Shown: positions 54,101 to 64,000 of the stretch, piece by piece
Position numbering within the stretch: position 1 is the first letter of the stretch
How the letters are laid out: the number at the start of each line of letters is the position of its first letter
DNA from: Mobula hypostoma
Lineage: Eukaryota
Direction: 5' to 3'
Assembly: GCF_963921235.1 (NCBI RefSeq)
Contig: NC_086097.1
Span: 73,596,001 to 73,660,000 of the forward strand
DNA length: 64,000 nucleotides
Made by a program: the position numbers and the translations under genes
Notes under the pieces: generated by a model
What the model was told of the DNA's origin: nothing
What the model saw: the letters and a program-made list of their open reading frames with translations, nothing else
Databases searched by the model: none

Positions 54101-54542
54101 CTGTAAGGAGAAAAGCACCAAAGTCCAACTGATTCAATCGATTTGAAACACCCGGGAAACTCGGCACCATCTGTCTCGCCAATTTTATATTTCCCGCCAC
54201 CCGACCCACCCAGGTCTGAAAAGCACCAAAAGTTGCAACTTTTGGGAGCTTACTTTTATACAACAATGCACCTATCCACCAATTGCCAGTAATGTATCGC
54301 GAAAGGTAACTTGTCCCCAGGAGACAATCGCTTCCAAACGCGTTTTACCCGATCTGCTACAAGGTACCTTTGGAATTTCCTGGATTTGAGACGTTCGATT
54401 ATATGGATTGAAAAGAGACTACTGGTAAAGTTAACCGTCATTATGGATACATAATAGTGGATTAAAATCTTCGGAAGGAGTGTTACACTTCGCCGCGATA
54501 AAGGTTCATTTGCTGATTTTGCAGATTCTGACAATCCTCTTA

Positions 54543-55400
<858 letters not shown>

Positions 55401-57616
55401 AGGATCCGCAGGGTTTTATCTTTTGTTCATTCAGTAATGGAGTCCCTGTGGTTTCTCTTGAATGAAACGATGTAAACACTGGAGCTGAAAAAGTGCACTA
55501 ACGTGTACTTTGTGTTTACAGCTCAACGGTGCATAGCCCTGCTTGATGCTTATCATCCACAGCAAGCAATCAAATACTGACCCGTTTGTGAACAATTCGT
55601 GAAAGGCCATCATGACCCTGAAGAATATGATCCCATTTCCCACCTCCTTCTGTGTGTTTTAACTACTTTTTCATTTCAGGCAAAATTCTGGCCATTCTCA
55701 CCAGTTCCGTTCCAACTCTCACATCACCCTGAGCTGGACATATATTGTCTTTCCTTCAAGACTGACGATGTCCTCATTCTACTCTGATTCGGGGGTTCTG
55801 AGGCCAAACACTTCCACAGCTGGGACAGGTGTTGGCTGATAATCAGGTGAGGGAGGGGGGTTTGTAAGGTGGTCCACTCATTTTGCCTATCAGCAGGATC
55901 TCTGTGTGCCCTGCTCCAAAGACTTGAGGAGATTCATAATACCATTCTGGATGCTGCTTCTCCACTCTGAGCGTCCATGGGCCAGAGATTTCTAGGAGTC
56001 GGTGGTAATGTATCGTTTTCTCAAGAATTCTTTGAGCACGTCCCTGAACCTTTTCCCCGTAATCTCTTCCCATGACAAATAAACTTAGATAAGAGTATGT
56101 GCTCCTGGATTCTGGTGCTGAGCATGTGAATAATATTTCCAGCCTAATGCTGTTAACCCAGTGTACTCAGACAATAGTAACGAGGATGTAGGATTGGTGT
56201 TGATCCAATTGTCCCTCCAGAGATATCAGAGGATTTTGTGAAGACAGCATTGATGGCACTTTCCCATTGGTCTGATTTTCCAGCGGTTGAGGTCGCAGAA
56301 GCAAATAGGAGTGCAGAGATTTCAGTTGCCTGTAAACTTCAGCTGATGTGCCAGTTCTGACATATAATTTATAAATACCCTTTTCCTCAATTGACCAAAG
56401 TTCTTCGTGCATTTCTTTATTGATGCCTGATTTTGCAGACTTCTGAGAAATGAGAAGTGGTTTACAATGTCCAGGACTGCACCATGAATCCTTGTCAGAG
56501 AAAGATATGTTGCAGTAGGGACAGGTTGGTAGAGGATCTTAGTTTCATGGATAGTTTTGTGTAAGTCCCATCTCTTGTATGTTTTACTCAAATCATCAGC
56601 TTAAGTTTGGTCTCTGACTTATTCAAGCAATTACACATGTTTTCTACACATTCTTAAGTTATATTAGAATTACAGAACACAAAGCAAGGATATTTATCCC
56701 ATTTGGCTACATGGCTTCATGAAAGGGCAGATGTACATCCAGTTGCTTTTGAAAGGTGGAATTGAATCTGCTTCCACCATTCATTCAGAGGGTAGACCTC
56801 AGGTCACAGTGACAAGACTTTGCTGAAATAGAAGGAGATCTATCAGACCATTGAGTCTATGCCAGCCCTCAGAGCACTCTAAGCAATCCCCACTTCCCTT
56901 TATTTCCCTGTAAACTGTTCTCTTTCACTGCCCACTAACTACATTCTGACTGTCCTGCCATGGACAGGCTACCGGACCAATGTTACAGTAGCAAATTAGC
57001 CTATATTTGGGATGTGGGAGGTGCCTGGAACAGCCATACTGGAAACAAATGACGAAGGGGGGAAATGCACGCAGCACCAAAGAATCAGGATTGAACCTTA
57101 GTCACTGAAGCAGTGAGGAACAGGCTACACTATTCTGCTTCCCTTCTGCATGAAATTGGTATCTGTAACAAGTTTAAGAGCTATATTCAGTAGTGCTTTA
57201 AAACTAATAAAATCTGATTATTTCACTGCTCTTCAGGAGAAAAAGTAGAGCAACTATCCTTTTTAAACACTAATTTTAAGGATAATTAAAATACATTCTT
57301 TAATTTAAATTACATATTTGCTTTTCACATTGGTTTACTTTCTAAATGTTCTTCAAATTAACAATGCTAAACTTCCAATTGTGTTAATAGATTCTAGTGT
57401 GAATAATTACTTTGCAAAAGGAAAATGGCACATTCAGAAACACTCAGCAGGAAAGACAGTATTTGTGGAAAGAGAACAGTTAACACCTCAAGTCTGGAAT
57501 TCCTCATCAGAAATTCAACATGGATCACTTTCCACAGATGCTACTTAAACTGTGTTTCTAGCACCATTTTTGTTGTTTTTTATAAAATTTGCTTTCCATT
57601 ACTTGTTTTTTTAAAT

Positions 57617-58710
57617 CCGCAAACACGAGGAAATCTGCAGATGCTGGAAATTCAAGCAACACACATCAAAATTGCTGGTGAACACAGCAGGCCAAGCAGC
57701 GTCTCTAGGAAGAGGTACAGTCGATGTTTCGGGCCGAGACCCTTCATCAGGACTAACTGAAAGAAGAGCTAGTAAGAGATTAGAAAGTGGGAGGGGGAGG
57801 GGGAGATCCGAAATGATAGGAGAAGACAGGATGGGGAGGGATGGAGCCAAGAGCCGGACAGCTGATTGGCAAAAAGGATATGAGAGGATCATGGGACAGG
57901 AGGCCTAGGGAAAAAGAAAGGGGGAGGGGGGAAGCCCAGAGGATGGGCAAGGGGTATAGTGAGAGGGACAGAGGGAGCAAAAGGAGAGAGAGAAAAATAA
58001 TGTGTGTATATAAATAAATAACGGATGGGGTACGAGGGGGAGGTGGGGCATTAGCGCAAGTTTGAGAAGTCAATGTTCATGCCATGATGTTGGAGGCTAC
58101 CCAGACGGAATGTAAGGTGTTGTCCCTCCAATTTGAGTGTGGCTTCATCTTTACAGTAGAGGAGGCCGTGGATAGACATATCAGAATGGGAATGGGTTGT
58201 GAAATTAAAATGTGTAGCCACTGGGAGATCCCACTTCCTAGGAACAACACCTTATATTCCGTCTGGGTAGCCTCCAATGTGATGGCATGAACATTGACTT
58301 CTCAAACTTCTGCTAATACCCCACCTCCCCCTCGTACACCATCGGTTATTTATGTACACACATTCTTTTTTCTCTCTCTCCTTTTTCTCCCTCTGTCCCT
58401 CTGACTATACCCCTTGCCCATCCTCTGGGTTTTTCCCCCCTCCCCCTTTCTTTCTCCCTGGGCCTCCTGTCCCATGATTCTCTCATATCCCTTTTGCCAA
58501 TCACCTGTCCAGCTCCTGGCTCCATCACTCCTCCTCCTGTCTTCTCCTATCATTTTGGATCTCCCCCTCCCCCTCCCACTTTCAAATCTCTTACTAGCTC
58601 TTCTTTCAGTTAGTCCTGATGAAGGGTCTCGGCCTGAAGCGTCGACTGTACCTCTTCCTGGAGATGCTGCCTGGCCTGCTGTGTTCACCAGCAACTTTGA
58701 TGTGTGTTGC
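57617..58710. mobile_element. PLE head-to-head inverted insertion (about 470-bp arms) with two hammerhead motifs
   Basis: 57656-58127 is the diverged reverse complement of 58240-58710; hammerhead variants at 57719-57754 (-) and 58612-58647 (+); degenerate TSD ttgtttttttaaat (57603-57616) and ctgttttattaaat (58711-58724), 12 of 14 matching. Confidence 0.9.
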
Positions 58711-58844
58711 CTGTTTTATTAAATGTTAGTTTTCAAGAGTATTAAACAATTGTAAAACATTTTGAGATATGCAGATTATAGCTGCATTTGGCCACTCAGT
58801 CCTTTGAGCCTGCTGTTATATAATAAGGTCATGGCTGGTGGAAA

Positions 58845-61655
58845 TCAGGAAAAATGTTAAATAAATGGTGCATATTGGCACCAACGACACAGGCAGAAAA
58901 GGGGAAGAGGTCCTAAGCAGTGAGTATATAGAGTTAGGAAAGAGGCTGAAGAGAAAGACCTCCAAGGTTGTAATCTCCAGATTACTCTAAGTGCCACAGG
59001 CTAGTACAGGTAGGAATGGGGTGATAGTATGGATGAATGAGTGGCTGCAGAGATGGTACAGAGGACAGGGTTTCAAATGTTTGGATTGTTGGAACCTTTT
59101 CTAGGGATTGAGTCACCTGTTCAAGATGGACGGGTTGCACCTGAACTGGAGGGGAACCAATAACCTGGCTGGGCGGTTTCCTGATGCTACGCGGGGAGAG
59201 TTTTAAATAGTTTTGCAGATCCAGAGCCCAGGTCAGTGAGGGAAGGATCAATCCCAAAGGTAGGTGTCAGAGAAAGTATTGAACGGCAAAACCAAAATAA
59301 CAGGTATCATAGGTTGAATAGTTTGAAGTGTGTATATTTTAATGCTAGGTGTATTATGGGTACGGGTGATGAGCCTGGAGCATGGATCAGTACATGGAAC
59401 TACGATGATGTAGCCATTACTGAAAGTTGGTTGAGAGAGGCGCCTGAATGGGTGATTAATGTACCAGGTTTTCAAAGTTTTAGAAAAGGTAGAGGAGGAG
59501 GTAAAAGGGGGTGAGGTGAGTTGCACAACTAATTACAGCAGCACTCAGGAGAGGCATAATGGAGGGGTCAGACACCGAGTCCACTTGGATGGAATTCAGG
59601 AATAGGAAAAATTCAGTCCAATCACACTGATGGGATCGTACTACAGATCCTCTGATAGCCACCGGGACATTAAGGAAAAGATATGTAATCTAATTAATTA
59701 AATGGGTAAAAATAATAGGGTTATTGTCATGGGGGATTGCAACTTCCCTCATATAAACTGTACCTTCATAGATGGGGCAAAATTTATTAAGTGTATATAG
59801 GAAGGTTTGTTAAATCAATATGTAGACTGTTCAATGTGAGGAGGGGCCGTACTGGACTTGGTGCTGGGTAATGTCCCGGCCAGATTACAGACCTTTCAGT
59901 GGGTGAAGGCTAATGACAGGTGTTGTACTTGTGGGAGAGTTTTAAATTGGAGTAGGGAAAATTACAAGGGCATTTGGGGAACTAAGCGTTAATCGGAAAC
60001 ACCTTTCTCTGGCAAGTCCACATCAGACATGTGGAGGGTGTTTAAAGATCATTTACACAGAGTACTGGAAAGGTAGGTTCCTCTTAGAAGGGAGGACAGG
60101 GATGGACAGAGAGGTGATGAATTTAATCAAGAAAAAAAGGGAAAAGTATGTAAAGGTTCAGAATTTAGGATCAAACGAAGCACATGAGGAATATAAAGAA
60201 GCCAGAAAAGAACACAAGAAGGAAATTATGAAAGTTAGAAGGGAGCATGAAAAGTCCTTGGCAAGTAGCATTAAAGTGAATCCCGAGCATTCTCTACATA
60301 CATCAAGAGTAAGAAGATAACTAGGGAGAGGGGGTTGGGACCATTCAAAGATAAAGAGATGACCATTTGCTTGGTTACAGAGAATATGAGTGAGGTATTT
60401 AGTGAGTACTTTGCTTTGGTATTTACCAAGGAGAAGGATATAGAGGACTAGGAGATCAGTGTTGTGTGTATAATTATGCTAAGGTGTTTAGGAGTCAAGG
60501 AGGAGGAAGCATTGGGTCTCCTAATGAGTAGACGAGGGAATTAAATGCAGCATCTCCAAGTTTGCAGATGACACGAAGCTGGGCGGCAGTGTTAGCTGTG
60601 AGGAGGATGCTAAGAGGATGCAGGGTGACTTGGGTAGGTTAGGTGAGTGGGCAAATTCATGGCAGATGCAATTTAATGTGGATAAATGTGAGGTTATCCA
60701 CTTTGGTGGCAAGAACAGGAAAACAGATTTATTATCTGAATGGTGGCCGATTAGGAAAAGGGGAGGTGCAACGAGACCAGGGTGTCATTGTACACCAGTC
60801 ATTGAAAGTGGGCATGCAGGTACAGCAGGCAGTGAAAAAGGCGAATGGTATGCTGGCATTCATAGCAAGAGGATTCGAGTACAGGAGCAGGGAGGTACTA
60901 CTGCAGTTGTATGAGGCCTTGGTGAGACCACACCTAGAGTATTGTGTGCAGTTTTGGTCCCCTAATCTGAGGAAAGACATTCTTGCCATAGAGGGGGTAC
61001 AAAGAAGGTTCACCAGATTGATTCCTGGGATGGCAGTACTTTCATATGATGAAATATTGGATCGACTAGGCTTATACTCGCTGGAATTTAGAAGATTGAG
61101 GGGGGATCTTATTGAAACGTATAAAATTCTAAAGGGATTGGACAGGCTAGATGCAGGAAGATTGTTCCCAATGTTGGGGAAGTCCAGAACGAGGGGTCAC
61201 AGTTTAAGGATAAAAGGGAAGCCTTTTAGGACCAAGATGAGGAAAGACTTCTTCACACAGAGAGTGGTGAATCTGTGGAATTCTCTGCCACAGGAAACAG
61301 TTGAGGCCAGTTCATCGGCTATATTTAAGAGGGAGTTAGATATGGCCCTTGTGGCTAAAGGGATCAGGGGGTATGGAGAGAAGGCAGGTACAGGGTTCTG
61401 AGCTGGATGATCAGCCATGATCATACTGAATGGCGGTGTAGGCTCGAAGGGCCGAATGGCCTACTTCTGCAACTATTTTCTATGTTTCTATGTTTCTATT
61501 AAGGTGGATAAATCTCCAGGCCAGATAGGATTGACCCCACATTATTGAAAGAGGCAAGAGACGAGATTGCTGGGCTCTTGACCAGTGTCTCTATGTCCTC
61601 TCTAGGCACCAGCGAAGTCCCAGAGGACTAGTGAGTGGTTAATGTTGTACCTCTA
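58845..61655 (+). mobile_element. Older CR1 (esterase-type ORF1 end plus ORF2 5' half), split by a younger CR1
   Basis: VHIGTND and DGLHLN esterase motifs, CVYFNAR, VAITESWL, MGDCNFP; resumes at 61499 (KVDKSPG). Confidence 0.8.
60531..61498 (+). mobile_element. Younger 5'-truncated CR1 LINE
   Basis: SKFADDTKLGG, WQMQFNVDKC, LVRPHLEYCVQFWSP and FFTQRVVNLWNSLP motifs with one frameshift; (ttctatgt)n tail. Confidence 0.92.
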
Positions 61656-62119
61656 GTACTTTTCTATGTTGAATGTTCTATTTTCTAAATGAAGGTGATT
61701 TTTACTTATGGTTTCCTTGGTCATCTCACTTCTATGAAAATAATTCATAAATTTGCTTTATCTACATCAGAAAAAAAAGCTGTTTCATCAAAAGTTTTTT
61801 TAATGTTTCCACATTATCCATTAATGTTAGAACTTGCAATAAAATACATCACAGTCATTTTTTTTACAAATATAACTGTCAATTTTAATAGGGGATGAAA
61901 AGTAGGCCAATCCTACATCTGTGCAGTTATGTCACAGAAATTACTAACTGTATTCAAATATTCAGAGAGCTTTACATGTAACTGAATTACTAGACATAAA
62001 CGTATATCTAAACAGTTTTCTCATTTATGAGTTTGGATAACTGTTTTATATCAAGATTACAGGATTTCTTAACATCATTTCCAGTACACAAGCATAAAGG
62101 AGACTGAAATATTACTCCT

Positions 62120-62723
62120 GAGAAAGCTAAAGAAATTTGGCCTGATCCCTAAAACCCTCACTAATTTTTATAGATGCACCGCAGAAAGCATTCTTCTAGG
62201 GTGCATCACAACCTGGTATGGAAGTTGTCCTGTCCAAGACCAGAAGCTGCAGAAGAACGTGAATACAGACCAGCACATCACACAAACCAATCTTCCGTCC
62301 TTGGACTCACTTTACACCGCACGCTTTCGGAGCAGTGCTGCCAGGATAATCAAGGACACGACCCACCCAGCCAACACGCTTTTCATCCCTCTTCCCTCCA
62401 GGAGAAGGCTCAGGAGCTTGAAGACTCATACGGCTAGATTTGGGAGCAGCTTCTTTCCAACTGTGATAAGACTGCTGAACGGATCCTGACCCGGATCTGG
62501 GCCGTACCCTCCAAATATCCGGACCTGCCTCTCGGTTTTTTGCACTACCTTACTTTCCCTTTTCTATTTTCTATTTATGATTTATAAGTTAAATTTTTAC
62601 TATTTACTATCGATTTGTACCCCGGGGAGCGTGAAACACAGAATGAAATATCACTGTGAAGATTGTACGCTCTAGTATCAATTGTTTGGCGACAATGAAG
62701 TAAAGTTAAAGTTAAAGTAAAGT
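62120..62723 (+). mobile_element. Rex/Babar-like LINE 3' fragment with a (taaag)n tail
   Basis: NFYRCTAESILLGCITTWYG and IIKDTTHPANTLFIPLPSRRRLRSL..SFFP motifs. Confidence 0.85.
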
Positions 62724-63301
62724 TCAATTTTGCCAGGACACGAGAACAACAAGTGGATTGATTCTCGGCCCCTTAGCGTGACTTCAGAAAATTCTTAATG
62801 CAAGGAGCTAGGCTCAGACATCTTCAATTGCTTCATCAATGGTCTCTACTCAGTATTTGGTCAGAAGTGGTCATGTACACTGTACAATATTCAATTCCAC
62901 TCACATTCCTCAGATATCTAAATGGTTCATATAACAGAAGCTAGACACCGTCTCCTGATGTAGTTAGCCAATTCATAATGGATCGCAGAGAGAGGCCAAT
63001 CATCACGTACTGACGTTCCCTATCTTCAACATCCTGGTTCAACTGAATACTATGGCTGCAAGTAGAAAGTAACTTAAAGAGTTTTAAAAGGTTAACTGTA
63101 TCTGTCACATGTACATTGAAGACTGAGACATCGAGGTGAATGCAGAAGGTGTGTGAGAGTTTCAGTGCTGACTGCCTGTCTTTTGATTGCTGCAGGAGAA
63201 AAAGTCTGGGAGCATCCTTTTGCTGTGTGTCTTTCTTGTGTAGTGTCCCGCTCTGTCGATGAATGTCGGTGAAATCGTAAGATGGGATCGTGGTTCTGTG
63301 T

Positions 63302-63511
63302 TTAGATTAGATTATGAGAACACTCAGTCCTCTTTTATTGTCATTTAGAAATGCATACATGCATTAAGAAATGATAGAATGTTTCTCCGGAGTGATAGCA
63401 CAGACAAACCAAAGACTAACACTGACAGAACCACATAATTATAACATATAGTTACAGCAGTGCAAAGCAATACCATAACTTGATGAAGAGCAGACCATGG
63501 GCACGGTAAAA
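63302..63511 (-). mobile_element. 3' fragment of the same family as 1159-2078, without the PLE hairpin
   Basis: Reverse complement aligns to about 1620-1705 joined directly to about 1940-2070. Confidence 0.85.
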
Positions 63512-64000
63512 TGTAAAGTTTATGGATTGAACTATTGTGTTTATGGACTGTGGTCTTTTTCAGACATGGTTTTTATATTCTGTGTTTTTTTATCACCCGT
63601 TCCTCTTCTGTTTTGTTGTGCGAGGGGGCGCAGTTGGGGGTTGATATTCTGTTAGTTTTTGTGTGGGGGGGTTGTTTTTTGGGGGAGGATCAAAGTTCCT
63701 GTTCCGTTTTATGTGGGAAGAGGTTGTTTTGAGGGTGTTGGTGTTGATGATTGGGATGCTGTTGTTTTTTATATGGGTGGCGGGTGATATTTCTCTCAGA
63801 ATGACTTTAATGTTCTTTTTTTTTGTTTTTGTGGCTACAAATTTACGAGTTGTATATGGATACATACTTTGATAATAAATGAATTAAAAGGAATGAAAAA
63901 TGAAATGTGTTGTTTACATCAAATCAATTCAGCAAGAATCGTGCTGGGCAGCCCACAAGTTTCACCACGCTTCCAGTGGCAACATAGCATGCCCTCAGCC

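Overview
Eukaryotic, repeat-rich vertebrate DNA. A cartilaginous fish, probably a ray or skate, is inferred from the Cx35-type connexin and HE1/V-SINE-like repeats. The one clearly intact host gene is a two-exon delta connexin (gjd2/Cx35-Cx36 group, minus strand, CDS 54614-54544 + 54100-53263, 302 aa). Reading the minus strand by hand also gives about 14 phase-compatible GT-AG exons (about 34380 to 9858) with several in-frame stops and two 1-nt frameshifts. These look like a decayed multi-exon gene, with a candidate CpG-rich, X-box-containing promoter near 46.1 kb. The rest is mostly transposable elements: CR1, Rex/L2-like and L1 LINE fragments, a Tc1 remnant, a 65-bp MITE, a solo LTR, SINEs, and Penelope-like elements (PLEs). 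The PLE repeats carry minimal hammerhead ribozyme motifs. Three PLE insertions share one design: head-to-head inverted arms, an extra 33-43 nt on one arm only, and a ~14-bp target-site duplication (TSD). A separate 167-bp fold-back duplicates a LINE tail together with its own flanking DNA. All calls were made by eye without database searches, and TE boundaries are approximate unless a TSD is given.
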